Shown here in pieces: positions 26,725 to 37,003 of a stretch of DNA of 38,585 nt. A model generated the notes under the pieces. It ran no database searches and was not told the origin of the DNA. It worked only from the letters and a program-made list of their open reading frames with translations. Made by a program: the position numbers and the translations under genes. Position 1 is the stretch's first letter; each line of letters starts with the position of its first letter. This DNA comes from Planctomycetota bacterium (GTDB lineage: Bacteria; Planctomycetota; SZUA-567; H5-PLA8), in assembly GCA_045863855.1 (NCBI GenBank), contig BTVV01000054.1:1-38585 (forward strand), in the 5' to 3' direction.

Positions 26725-29700
26725 TGTTGCTCGCCTCCCGCGGCGTCGATGCGCTGAAACTGTTCTTCCACCAGCATCCCGCGCGCGTACTTCGCCCACT
26801 GGCTTTCGGGGTAGTCCCAAGTCAGATTCTTGAGCACACGGTAGGCATTGATCGTAGAGTTCGTTTTCCCGGGTTCGAGGTAGGCGCGGCCGCACCAGTA
26901 CATCGCGCGCGGGGCGAGCTCCTTGTCCGGCGTCGGATCCTCGAAGACTTCGCGGAAGGTCTTGATGGCCTCCTCGTGCCGCGTGGCGTGCATGTAAGCT
27001 TCGGCCGCGAGGACCTTGGTGCCCATCGCCAGCGCGTGTTGCGGGAATCGCTCTGACAACCGCAGCAGCACCTCCGCCGCGGTACGGTAGAACTCCTGCG
27101 CCTGCAGGTTCAGCTTTTCGCGTTGCACCGGATCGGCTTCCGCTTCCGTTCGGTCCTTGAGCTCCTTGCCTTTCTTCCAGAAGTATTGCCCCAATTCGCT
27201 GATCGTTTCGGCGATCAATTCGTTGTCTGGGTAGCGGTAGGAGAGCTTCACGAACTCTTCGCAGGCCTTGTCGATATCGCCCAGATGTTTGAATGCCTGG
27301 GCTTTCTTGAACTGCGCCTTCGGCGCATACGCGCTGTCGCCGTAGGTGGTGACCAAGTCTGTGAAGCGCGCGATCGCTTCGGCGTAGTGCTTTTTGCTCG
27401 CTTCCTCGTCTTTGGCCTCGAATGCGAATTCCAGCGCGAGGTTCGCCAGCAGGTAATCGGCCTGCACCTTGGCCTGCGTGTCCGGATGATCGCGCAGCGC
27501 TTCCTCCAGAATCTTCTTGCCCGCGGCGATTTCTTCCTGCGCCAGATCGCGCTCGTTGATCGCGCGGTGCTTCTTGGCTTGCTCGAAATAGGCTTCCGCG
27601 ATCGTGAACTGCGTCTTCACCGCGATTTCGGGGTCTTTGAAGCGTTTCGTGAACGGGATCACCGAGCCGTCGGCGCCCTTGTAAATATCCAGCGTGCGTT
27701 GCACGGGCTCCTGCCCCGGACCGGGGACGTAGGTGACCGTAACCGTGTCGCCGTAATTCACCGGAAGCACCGTCGGGTCTTTGGCATCGGCCTCGGGTGC
27801 GTACGTCAACGACGCGAGGCCCTTGAAAACACCGGTATGCTCGAATGTTTCGGTCAGCTCCAGCTTGCGCTTTTGCCCGCTCGCAGCGGCCAACTCGATC
27901 TCCACGCTGTTGCGTTCGTCGGTAAGATCCTGAGTCAGGTGCGCGACACGGAAGTACACCTTTTCGCCTACGTACGTGCCTTTCACTTCCTCGCGGAAGC
28001 GCCGGTCCATGACATCGAGGAATACGTCCGAGCCGAGCTTGACGCTGCGCACCAGCCACTTCGGTTGGTTTTGGTCGTCGTTGTATTTGAAGCCCAGGAA
28101 GACGGTGTCGCCACCCTTGAGTTGAAGCTTCGGGCGCTCCTCTTCGATCGCGGCCCGGTCCTGCGTTTCCGGTGGTTTCCAGTCGATCTGGCTCGTCTCC
28201 TGAAGCGGACCCAGTTCCATGGGAATCTGGAAGCTGAAGCGCCCCTCTTCGAGCGGCGCACCGGCTTGCACGCTGCCGCGTACGAGCACATCCAAGTATC
28301 CGGCCGGCGGCATCACACGGCCTGGGTCGCAAGGCGACACGTCCAGCTTGATAGTGCCCGGAACCTGCGGGTCGAACCCTGCGCCACCTGCGCCGGCTTT
28401 TGCGCGACCCGAAGAGGTTTGTACGTACAGCGAGGCTTCGCTGGCGGCCGAAAACGCGATGGTGGGGAATAGCACTTCAACGATCAACGGTCCGGCAACC
28501 GGTACGGTTACGGATTCGTCGGTATTCGGCTTCACCGGGCGATGCGCCAGCAACCGTCGGCGCGGGAAGAACGTTTCCTCCGTCACCGAGGCTGCGGCCA
28601 GCTTCGCGCCGCGCTCGGCATCGGCTTCGTTCAGCGGCGCGCTGCTGACTTCGAATATACGCACCTCAGGCGGCGCGTACCAAGCCTGCTCGATCACGTG
28701 CGTGCGCTCGTACGGCACCCCCGGATTGTTGTTCTCGCGGTCCAGGTAGGAAAGCACCAGATCTTCATCCTGTCCAACCTGGATTTCCACCGGCCGTTGT
28801 GGCGCGCCAGGAACCGGGAAAATACGCCCCAGGAAGATCCCGCTGTGCGCTTCGGACTCCAGCGCCTTGACTTCGATCTGCTTGCCGCTGGTCGTGGACG
28901 CCTTGATCGTGATCGTATCCTTCTCGCCGCTGACATCCCCGTCGGGATCGTTGACGAACACGGTGACGTTATCGTCGGCTTTGTACCGCCGGATCGGTAC
29001 GTAATCGCGCAGGGGCTCTTCGCGGCCCGCAACCACCTTCTCGACCACCTGGACCGCCGAGAGCTTCGCGTCGTGGTAGGTTGCGGATAGCGAAGCCGAA
29101 TGCACGCCTTTCGACTCGCTGATTCGGATCGGATCCTTATACGTGATCGTGATCCGGTCGCCGGGGACGATCTCGAGCTGCTGGTTTACGCGCAGCGCCT
29201 GGAAATCCTCCTTGGGCGGCAGCACTTGCGTACCGTCGGCGGAAGTGAGAGTGATTTTGTCGAGTGCCGGGGCGTCGGAGGCGAAGTCTTCGAGCAGCAA
29301 CCGGACCACGCGCGCACGCACATCGGACGGGAACGCGATCTCGAAGGCCGTACCCGGACCATCGGCCGTCACCTGCGCCACGGGGCGCTGCACCTCTTCC
29401 TTCACGGCTGGATTCTTATCCGCGCCGAACATTTCGAGCGGGCAGCCCGCGATGAACGGTTCGGCTTCGATATCCTGTTGCAGCTCGAAATGAGTGCCGT
29501 GATGCACCCGGCAATAAAAGTAGATATCCACGCGGTGCACGCCTTCCTTCAGCGCCCGCGAGACCACGCCGGGTTCGGAGCCTTCCTGGCCGTCGAGGGC
29601 CAGAACCGCGTATGCGTGCTGGCCGGGATTCTCGAAGACGAATTTGAACGTCCGCGCTTTGCGCTCTTTTTGCTGGAACGCCGCGCTCAGGTGAACCACG

Positions 29701-32700
29701 TACAGATCGTTATGGTCCAGTCGCAAAGCGTTGCGAAGATCGAAGACATTCCCGTCCAGGCGGCCCGACAGCGTCTTGCGGTTCTGCAGTGGCAAGTCCA
29801 TGGTGCGCTTGGGGGAGCCTTGCGCGATGAAGCCCCGGTTGAAGAACTCGCGGAATTGTTCCAGGTTGCGCGGCGGGTTGGGTCCGGACTTCGCCACCGT
29901 GATCCGCGGCGTGCCGTTCCAGGGCTTCAGCGCCTGCGGCCACGATCCCACCGTCTCGAACTGCCGGCCGTTCTGCGAAACTTCCACGCTAAAGGCCTTG
30001 AGTTTGCGAGCATCGTCTTTGGCCGTGAGCGTCATCCTGCCCAGCGGCAGGTTATCGGCCAGGTCGACCATAAACGCCTTGGGCCGCTTGTTGTCGGGCA
30101 GCGCGCGCCACGGCGGGTACTGTTCTTTGGAAATCACGTAATCGGGGATGCGGCCTTCGTCGGAATCCGAGGCGTACGCCGTGGCCTGAGCCGCGGCCGT
30201 GGGAATGGCGCCTTCGAATACGCCCGTCGTGGGACCGGACTCTTTCAGTTTGAACGCGTCGATCCGGTCGCCGCTCGAAGTCGTCACCTCCACGGCGATC
30301 TCGTCCGCCTCGGCCGTAGTGCTGCGCTCCAGGTCCACGATCCGGACGTTGATGGCGTTGCCCGGCTTGACCTGGTTCGCATCGCGGCGGGACGAAAGCG
30401 CCACGCCTTCGCCGCCTTCTTCCTCGCCGCGCGGGTTCAAACGCTGCCGGATCATCTGCTCCAGCGCATGCGCTTCCAGTTCCTCCTTGGTCAGAATTTT
30501 CCCCGAACTGGCGTACATCTCCGCGTCGCTGGCGATCTTCAGCGCCGCCGGCTCGCCCAGCGAGATGCGCAGGCGCTTTTTGAAGTCCTCGGAGTAGTCG
30601 TACGAAATCGTGTCGTTGCCCAGCACCTGCAGCGTATGGTCGCCGGGCGCCGGTGCGCCGAGCTGCGTGGGAATTTGACCTTGGAATTGGGTCTTCGATT
30701 CGCCCGCCGGAAGGAGGTTGAACGTCTCTTTGTCGCCCGCGCTGGTGACCACCTGCACTTCGACCGCCAGCGACTTGCCGACTACCGCGAGGTTGCGGTC
30801 TTCGAGGCTGACCTTGAGCGGCGCGCCCGGCACCAGCAGTTGCTGGTTGCGCAATTGCCCCGGCGCGATCAGCAGCGCGGCTTCATACTTCTTTTGCGCG
30901 ATCAAGACTTCCTTCATCAGCAGCTTTGCGTCCGCGTGGTCGGGCGAGCGCAGCAGCACCTGATTCAGCGCCTCTTCCGCTTCGTTCTGCTGGCCTTGAT
31001 CGAACTTCACCCGGGCGATCTGGTAAAGCGCCTGGGTCTGCAAATAGCGCTCTTTGCTCTCGGCCATCTTCTCGAGCTGCTCCATCGCCTTGTCGTATTG
31101 CTTGGTCAGGCGATCCACTTCCGCAACGCGCAGGTGCGCGTCCATCTGGGACTGAGTGCCTTGGTAGCTCTTGTTAACCGCGATCTCTTCGTACTGCGCG
31201 CGCGCGCGCGGGTATTCCTTGCGCGCGAACGCGATGTCCGCGTACGCCACTTGCAGCGCCGCGCGATGTTCGGCTTCGAAACCCGCCGGCGCGCTTTCCA
31301 TGTGCTGCAACAGCACGCGCGAGAGCTGCTCGGCCATATCGAATTGCTGCAGGTCGGTATGGCGCCGGATCAGCCACAGCGCGAAGCTCGGCTCGAGCTG
31401 CTTGATCACGCCGCTTGCCTTGGCCGCGTTGCGCGAATACTGGTCCCACGCCGCCGTGAAGTTGCTCGTTTGGTACTGCTCCTGCGCCGCGAAAAACGGA
31501 TAATTCGGATCGTTCCGCGAGACCGAAATACCGCCGCCGACCTTGGCCAGCGTCTGCGTGCGCACGGTGGTCAGCGCCGTCGCGGCCTCCTTATCCATCC
31601 GGTCGCCCAAGATCTCCAGGCCGGCCGCAGCCACGGTCAGCGCCAGGTGGTATTGCTCTTTCTTGTACAGGTCCACCGCGAAGTCGCTCAGTACGCGATG
31701 GAACTGGCCGTTGTTGGTATCCCGCGCGATGAGCCAGAGGTAAGGCGCCACGGCCGGTAGTTCGTTCAGGCGGTTTTGCTTGGACAAACCGTCCAACGTG
31801 CAGGTGATCAGATATTCGAATCCCCATCCGCCGTACCACTGTTGGGGGCAGCCGAGCGGGAAAAATTTGAGCAGCACGTCCAGCTCTTCCGGTTTGGGCG
31901 GCGTGCGCGTATTGAAGAAATGGCCCAAAGGGTCCAGGCGTGGCGCGAGGATCCGCTGCGGCGTCTCCGCGGCGCGGTCGAGGTACTGGGCCAACTGCTG
32001 GAAGCGCGTCGCGCGCTGCTCGTCGTTGCCCCAGCCGCACGCGAAGCGGCCCCAGCCCATTGCGAACCAGTCGAACCGTGTCTTGCCCCAGTACGTCTCC
32101 GTCTTCGCCAGCGTGGCTTCGCGAATTTGCGGATCGGCTTCCAGCAGCCGGCGCTGCCATTCCCACATGGATTCCCAGTCGTAACCGCTGGGATAGTGTT
32201 CCCACTCGGCCATCTTTTGAGCCGCGTAGTTGCGAATCTTCTTCTCGCGGTCGTGCCCGCCCATGTGCCAGTAGCGGAAATCGAGGTGCCCCGTCTTCTC
32301 CGCTTCTTCGAGGAACATCGCATCGAAGCCGGATTCCAGCGGGTACTTGGCCTTCAATCCCTGGAATTCTTCGCGGACCTGGTGCATCGCGGCGGCGGTT
32401 CCGGATTGAATCCACCAGTCGAACTTGGGCGGATTCTCGAACCAGACCCGCTTCTCGATCAGCCCGGCCAGCGTGGCGGCGCCTGCATCCTGATCTCGCC
32501 AGCCTTGGCCTCGCTTGAACATGCGCATCCAGTGGTACAGGTCGCCCCAGTATTTTCCTTGCTGAGCGTGCGGCGCGTACGCTTGATCGATGATTCCGGC
32601 GAGCTTGATCGCGTGCTCCATATCCTTCTTGGTGATCTGGTTGCCGCCTTGCCATTCCTTCTCGGCGCTGGCGATCCAGGCGCAGAGTTGGGCCGCACGT

Positions 32701-34688
32701 GCGCGGGCGGATTCGTCCGGCAGAAGCGCAAGCTGGTCCTTCAACAGCTCGCCCGCATACTCGTAATCGTTAAATGCTTGGATCGCCGTCTGCACCTGCC
32801 AGGCCACCAGCGCTTTGCCGAAGGGTTTGTGCGAGACGTTGTAGTCCTTGTGCGCATCGAAAATCTCCCGCGCTACTTTAAGGTATGCGTCCTTTTGCTT
32901 GGCGCGCGCCGATTGCACGGCGGTTGCCAATTGCTGGCACAGCGGTGTTGGCGGCGTGCCTTGGGCCTTGCCCGACTGCAAGTCCTGGTAAACTTGGTCG
33001 ATCTCCGCGAGCTGCGCTTTCAGCGCCGCCTGCTGCTCCTTGGCCACGCCCGCGCCGTCTTTCTCGAACTGCTTCTTCCAGTCCCGGAACTCTTTGTAAG
33101 GTCCATCGAAGATCGCTTTGCGCGCGGCCGCGTCGTAGGGCACCCAAGCTAAGAGCTTCAGCAGCGCCGCGGTCTTCGACTTATCGTGATTGGCCTCGCC
33201 GTCCTTGCTGCCGAACTGCCACGCCAGCCTCGCGAAGTCCTGCGCGCCGCCTTGATCGAACAGGGCGATGGGTGAGGGCGCAATCAGTTCCGCACCGATT
33301 TTAAGCCGCGTCTTCTCCCAATATTGCGGCGGCAGTTCCTGGCCCTTCTCGCGCTTGTAACCCAGGAACGCCGGCGCGACATGCTGGTGCAGAATCTGCG
33401 TGGGCTCGTGAAGGCTCAGGTGCCAGGACTCGGTCGTGTACAGGTTCTTTGCCGCGGCCAATAAATCGCCGTCCACGGCCAGCGACCGGGTCGCCGCCGC
33501 CGGCGCTTGCGCATGGGTTCCCACGAACGGCGCCAGCTTCTTGAATAAGTCGGCGTTCTCGGGACGTGCGAACGAGAGGAACACCTGCGACGGTCCGGAT
33601 TGCTTGTAGAACTCCAGATCTTTCTCCGCCCACGCCAGCCATTGCTGCACCGGCGCCGCATAGTCCGCCATGCGCCGGCCGTGGATCTGCCAAGTCATGA
33701 ACTTGGTCTGTTCAGGCTTCGGCAGGAGCGGGAATACCGCCGCGAAGAGTCCCTGAATGTCCTTAGCGTGGTTGCGGTAGACGCGTTCGTCGAAGTGGCG
33801 GTTGCCTTTAAAGAACGCACAGACTGTCTGCGATAGCGCGTCGAAGGTGGGATCGGATTTCATACGCGCTTCGGCGGCGGCGCGCAGTTTGTTCCAGGCT
33901 TCCGGCGTAAGCGGCTTATCCACGCCCCCGTCCCAGTTCATCTGCTCCAGGCACGCGGTATAGAAGGCCAAGGTGGCATTGCGCTTTTCGTTTTTAATCG
34001 ACGGCAGAAGCTTCCGCAGATCGTCCGCGGCGTCGCGGCGGCGTTCCTGGTCTTCCGCCAGACGCGCGCAAATCCAGTCGATGTGACCGTCGAAGTAACG
34101 GCTCGCATGGCTGGCCGGATCGGCGTAAATCGAGACCAGTTTGCGTGCGTAATTGCGAAGGTCGTTTCGGCGCTGCGCGGCTTCGAGGAACCACGAATCG
34201 AATTTCCGCGCATACACGTGCTGGCGGAAGGGCAAGCCCTGCGTGGCCATGAACTGAAACGCGGCGTCCTCGTTGGGCACGAACCCGACCAGCAAATCGT
34301 AGAGCCGCCCGGCCGCTTCGGAACTCTTCGCGTCGGGCTTCGCTTCCTTCAGGTATGCCTTGAAGCGCGAAACCGCGGTCTGGTAATCGGCCGACAGGAA
34401 CGCCAGCTCCGCCGCCTGCCGCATCAGCTCTTCGGCCGGCTCCGGCTGCTTCGTCATGTAAGTCTTGAAGGCGTTGGAGGCTTCGCGCGCGCGGCCCAGT
34501 TCCGCGCCGGCTTTCAGGATTTCGGCCATTTCCGCATCGGTCAGCCCCTGCGCGGCTTTCAACAGCAGCGCTTCGAAGGCCGCCGCTTTGGGATCCGGCG
34601 GCGCCGCTTCTCCGGCCCGGAGCGTGCCGGCGCACAGACCGCACGCGCACAACAACAGCATTCCTGCGAATCGTTCGATCGGTCGCAT
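26721..34688 (-). CDS. Giant (about 2655 aa) exported protein: alpha-solenoid/TPR N-half, five Ig-like repeats with nested discoidin/PA14-like insert, C-terminal TPRs
   Basis: Start set at ATG 34688 (GAGG RBS; signal peptide MRPIERFAGMLLLCACGLCAGTLRA). TPR motifs such as YGDSAYAPKAQFKKA, YPESQWAKYAR. Repeated beta-rich modules between about 27720 and 30840. Confidence 0.9.
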   Translation of the reverse strand: MRPIERFAGMLLLCACGLCAGTLRAGEAAPPDPKAAAFEALLLKAAQGLTDAEMAEILKAGAELGRAREASNAFKTYMTKQPEPAEELMRQAAELAFLSADYQTAVSRFKAYLKEAKPDAKSSEAAGRLYDLLVGFVPNEDAAFQFMATQGLPFRQHVYARKFDSWFLEAAQRRNDLRNYARKLVSIYADPASHASRYFDGHIDWICARLAEDQERRRDAADDLRKLLPSIKNEKRNATLAFYTACLEQMNWDGGVDKPLTPEAWNKLRAAAEARMKSDPTFDALSQTVCAFFKGNRHFDERVYRNHAKDIQGLFAAVFPLLPKPEQTKFMTWQIHGRRMADYAAPVQQWLAWAEKDLEFYKQSGPSQVFLSFARPENADLFKKLAPFVGTHAQAPAAATRSLAVDGDLLAAAKNLYTTESWHLSLHEPTQILHQHVAPAFLGYKREKGQELPPQYWEKTRLKIGAELIAPSPIALFDQGGAQDFARLAWQFGSKDGEANHDKSKTAALLKLLAWVPYDAAARKAIFDGPYKEFRDWKKQFEKDGAGVAKEQQAALKAQLAEIDQVYQDLQSGKAQGTPPTPLCQQLATAVQSARAKQKDAYLKVAREIFDAHKDYNVSHKPFGKALVAWQVQTAIQAFNDYEYAGELLKDQLALLPDESARARAAQLCAWIASAEKEWQGGNQITKKDMEHAIKLAGIIDQAYAPHAQQGKYWGDLYHWMRMFKRGQGWRDQDAGAATLAGLIEKRVWFENPPKFDWWIQSGTAAAMHQVREEFQGLKAKYPLESGFDAMFLEEAEKTGHLDFRYWHMGGHDREKKIRNYAAQKMAEWEHYPSGYDWESMWEWQRRLLEADPQIREATLAKTETYWGKTRFDWFAMGWGRFACGWGNDEQRATRFQQLAQYLDRAAETPQRILAPRLDPLGHFFNTRTPPKPEELDVLLKFFPLGCPQQWYGGWGFEYLITCTLDGLSKQNRLNELPAVAPYLWLIARDTNNGQFHRVLSDFAVDLYKKEQYHLALTVAAAGLEILGDRMDKEAATALTTVRTQTLAKVGGGISVSRNDPNYPFFAAQEQYQTSNFTAAWDQYSRNAAKASGVIKQLEPSFALWLIRRHTDLQQFDMAEQLSRVLLQHMESAPAGFEAEHRAALQVAYADIAFARKEYPRARAQYEEIAVNKSYQGTQSQMDAHLRVAEVDRLTKQYDKAMEQLEKMAESKERYLQTQALYQIARVKFDQGQQNEAEEALNQVLLRSPDHADAKLLMKEVLIAQKKYEAALLIAPGQLRNQQLLVPGAPLKVSLEDRNLAVVGKSLAVEVQVVTSAGDKETFNLLPAGESKTQFQGQIPTQLGAPAPGDHTLQVLGNDTISYDYSEDFKKRLRISLGEPAALKIASDAEMYASSGKILTKEELEAHALEQMIRQRLNPRGEEEGGEGVALSSRRDANQVKPGNAINVRIVDLERSTTAEADEIAVEVTTSSGDRIDAFKLKESGPTTGVFEGAIPTAAAQATAYASDSDEGRIPDYVISKEQYPPWRALPDNKRPKAFMVDLADNLPLGRMTLTAKDDARKLKAFSVEVSQNGRQFETVGSWPQALKPWNGTPRITVAKSGPNPPRNLEQFREFFNRGFIAQGSPKRTMDLPLQNRKTLSGRLDGNVFDLRNALRLDHNDLYVVHLSAAFQQKERKARTFKFVFENPGQHAYAVLALDGQEGSEPGVVSRALKEGVHRVDIYFYCRVHHGTHFELQQDIEAEPFIAGCPLEMFGADKNPAVKEEVQRPVAQVTADGPGTAFEIAFPSDVRARVVRLLLEDFASDAPALDKITLTSADGTQVLPPKEDFQALRVNQQLEIVPGDRITITYKDPIRISESKGVHSASLSATYHDAKLSAVQVVEKVVAGREEPLRDYVPIRRYKADDNVTVFVNDPDGDVSGEKDTITIKASTTSGKQIEVKALESEAHSGIFLGRIFPVPGAPQRPVEIQVGQDEDLVLSYLDRENNNPGVPYERTHVIEQAWYAPPEVRIFEVSSAPLNEADAERGAKLAAASVTEETFFPRRRLLAHRPVKPNTDESVTVPVAGPLIVEVLFPTIAFSAASEASLYVQTSSGRAKAGAGGAGFDPQVPGTIKLDVSPCDPGRVMPPAGYLDVLVRGSVQAGAPLEEGRFSFQIPMELGPLQETSQIDWKPPETQDRAAIEEERPKLQLKGGDTVFLGFKYNDDQNQPKWLVRSVKLGSDVFLDVMDRRFREEVKGTYVGEKVYFRVAHLTQDLTDERNSVEIELAAASGQKRKLELTETFEHTGVFKGLASLTYAPEADAKDPTVLPVNYGDTVTVTYVPGPGQEPVQRTLDIYKGADGSVIPFTKRFKDPEIAVKTQFTIAEAYFEQAKKHRAINERDLAQEEIAAGKKILEEALRDHPDTQAKVQADYLLANLALEFAFEAKDEEASKKHYAEAIARFTDLVTTYGDSAYAPKAQFKKAQAFKHLGDIDKACEEFVKLSYRYPDNELIAETISELGQYFWKKGKELKDRTEAEADPVQREKLNLQAQEFYRTAAEVLLRLSERFPQHALAMGTKVLAAEAYMHATRHEEAIKTFREVFEDPTPDKELAPRAMYWCGRAYLEPGKTNSTINAYRVLKNLTWDYPESQWAKYARGMLVEEQFQRIDAAGGEQQ

Positions 34689-34735
34689 GGCGTCCTCGTG
34701 GTGTCCCGTTCGGATACTCAACCCTTCGTGCCGGC

Positions 34736-37003
34736 CTATTCCGCGCCGCCCTCGCCACCGCCGCCTTCGCCCCCGGCGGCGCCTTGCAATTTCTCTTCGA
34801 TCTTCGGCAGCACTTTGCGCGCGTTTTCCGCGTAGGAACTCGCCGGATACTCGAAAATGAGCTGGTTGCACTTTTCGCGGGCCGTCGCGTAGTCGCCTTT
34901 ACGGAAAGCCACGATCACCCATTTCAGCAGCATGCTGTCCAGAAACGAAGCATCCGGGTAATCCTGGAAGACCTGCTCCAGAAGGTCGTTGGCCAGCACA
35001 AAGTCGCGGGTCTTGACGTAGTAGTCCACCAGCTTCGCCAGCGATTCGCCCGCAAACTCGCTCTGCGGAAACTTCTCCGCGCATGCCTTGTAATGGACGA
35101 TCGCCTCCTTCTCGCCTTTGCCCGCTTCCACGCAGCGTGCGATCATGTACATCGCTTCCGGTTGCGCTTGCGTATTTTTCAGGCGCAGAACCTGAGCGAA
35201 GACGCCCTGCGCCCCAGCGAACTCTTTGGCCTCGAAGCGGATCTTGGCGATGCCCATCAGCGCCTGATCGGCGAACGGCGAATCCGGGAAGAGTTTGTTG
35301 AACAGCTCGCACGTCTGGATCGCCGCGGCCAGATCGTCTTTGACGATGTAGAACTCCCACTTCAGCTTGAACGCCTGCTCCTTCAGAGCTGTCGGCAAAT
35401 CGTCGCGGCTCTTCAGGATCGGGTCCACCAGCGTAAGCCCTTCGTCGCACTTTTCGCCCGCGCCCTTGCGCAGCCCCATGCTTTTGAAGATGCGGCCCAA
35501 CTCGAGGAACGCCTGAGCGTCCCGCAGTTCTTTATTGGCTTTGAGCAGCGGGTCGTGGATCACCGGCTGCGTTGCCGCCGGCCGGTTGTCCATCTCGCCG
35601 ATCACCGTGGTCTTCGTGCTCACCTCGCGCGATGTCTCGCCCCCGATGTGCCGTTCGTCGATAAACGTGGCCACGATCTCGTCGTTGAGCATGCAAGCGA
35701 GCGCGTCGTCGGCGCGGTCCGCGGCTTGTCCTTTGATGGCTTCGACGATTTTCACGCTGCCGCCGAACTGCCCGGTACGAACCACCGGTCCTTCGCCCAG
35801 TTCCTTCGCGCTCAAGGTCACTTCGTCGCGCACTTCCCAGCGCTCTTCGGATTCCCCATTCCAATCCTCGGCGTTCTCGTCGGGCATCGCCTTGAAGCGC
35901 GAGACCATCCGCACCGCCACCGCATCGGCTTCGGGCGCTTTGTCGAGATCCGCATCTTGGAGCAAAACGAAAAGCGGCTGATTCAGGAAAGCAGCTTCCG
36001 CCAGATCTTTGTACGTGCCCTGGGTGAACGCCAGCCGCGCGGTGCTCACCACTTTCACCTGGCCCTTGCGCTCGGAATTCTTCGCGCCGTCCTTGGAGTT
36101 GTCGTCCAAGTACGTGACGGTAAGCGTGTCTCCGCCGATCACCTGCAGGATCCCGTCGCCTTTCTTCGGCACACCCACCGCGCTAGGAAGCGATCCGATC
36201 AGCACGTCGCCTTTGCTCGTCAGCGGTACGCAGGGCACCGCCTCCACATCCCCCGAAGCGGCCGCGACCTGAGCCTTCACGTCTTTGCCTTGGCGCTGCA
36301 AGACCGGCAGGTCCGCGTCCTCCACCTTAAGGAAGAAGCGCCTCCCGGCTTCGGCGAAGTTCGCCGTCTCGCTATCCGGATCGACGAACGTCCCGACCAG
36401 GCTCAGTTCCTTGATCGCCTTGTCCCAGTTTCCTTTGTGGAAGTGGCACATGCCGATGTAGTAGTGCGCCTGATTGCCCCAGACCGTGTTGGGGTAGTCG
36501 TTGGTGATCGTGCGCAGCGGCTGAAACGCAGCACCGTAGTTGCCCGTCTCGAAGAAGGCCAGGCCCGAGTAGTACAAGCCTTGCAGGTACAGATCGAGAT
36601 CCTCGCCCTCCAGCGCCTGGTCGGGCGTCTTCAGCTTGCCGAGATACTGAAGGTACTTCAGGGCTTTGGCTTGGTCGTGCTGAGCGATGTGATGCTTGCC
36701 CAGCGCGAGGTACACCTGGTAGCGCACTTTGCTTTTGGGGTACTGCTCGAGAATGTTCTCGAGCATCGTCAGGCCGCGGTCGAGATCCTTCTGCTCCAGC
36801 AGTTCTTCGGCTTTTTTCAGCAGGCGCAACGCCGCGATATCGGCGCGCGCGTCGCCGTCCTCGGTTTTCGTCTCGCCTTCTTGCGCTTCCGCGGTCTTCG
36901 CGGCCTCCCGGGCGCGCTTCCCTTTTGCTTCTCCCGCCGCCGCGCCCGCGGCCAGCACCAAGGCCGCCAAAGCCCACCCCCACGCCCGGCTATTCGTTTG
37001 CAT
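34736..37003 (-). CDS. Exported TPR - 2x Ig-like repeat - TPR protein (755 aa)
   Basis: Signal peptide. TPRs with YPKSK, YPNTVWGNQAHYYIG, FPDSPFADQALMGIA, YPASSYA. Central repeats resemble those of the giant protein. Confidence 0.88.
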   Translation of the reverse strand: MQTNSRAWGWALAALVLAAGAAAGEAKGKRAREAAKTAEAQEGETKTEDGDARADIAALRLLKKAEELLEQKDLDRGLTMLENILEQYPKSKVRYQVYLALGKHHIAQHDQAKALKYLQYLGKLKTPDQALEGEDLDLYLQGLYYSGLAFFETGNYGAAFQPLRTITNDYPNTVWGNQAHYYIGMCHFHKGNWDKAIKELSLVGTFVDPDSETANFAEAGRRFFLKVEDADLPVLQRQGKDVKAQVAAASGDVEAVPCVPLTSKGDVLIGSLPSAVGVPKKGDGILQVIGGDTLTVTYLDDNSKDGAKNSERKGQVKVVSTARLAFTQGTYKDLAEAAFLNQPLFVLLQDADLDKAPEADAVAVRMVSRFKAMPDENAEDWNGESEERWEVRDEVTLSAKELGEGPVVRTGQFGGSVKIVEAIKGQAADRADDALACMLNDEIVATFIDERHIGGETSREVSTKTTVIGEMDNRPAATQPVIHDPLLKANKELRDAQAFLELGRIFKSMGLRKGAGEKCDEGLTLVDPILKSRDDLPTALKEQAFKLKWEFYIVKDDLAAAIQTCELFNKLFPDSPFADQALMGIAKIRFEAKEFAGAQGVFAQVLRLKNTQAQPEAMYMIARCVEAGKGEKEAIVHYKACAEKFPQSEFAGESLAKLVDYYVKTRDFVLANDLLEQVFQDYPDASFLDSMLLKWVIVAFRKGDYATAREKCNQLIFEYPASSYAENARKVLPKIEEKLQGAAGGEGGGGEGGAE

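Noticed and set aside
26725..28332. Upstream 536 codons of the 693-aa minus-strand ORF
   Set aside because: An Arg/Gly-rich alternative frame overlapping the giant gene. Only the part from ATG 26724 looks like a real gene.
29100..31760. 886-aa plus-strand ORF, and similar long antisense ORFs at 27123-28472, 31776-33152, 34784-37183, 4859-6469 and 8010-9041
   Set aside because: They lie antisense to well-supported genes. High-GC codon bias suppresses stops on the opposite strand, and the translations have no recognisable motifs.
34689..34871. N-terminal 61-aa extension of the giant ORF
   Set aside because: It overlaps the upstream gene and is Arg-rich noise. The RBS and signal peptide support ATG 34688.
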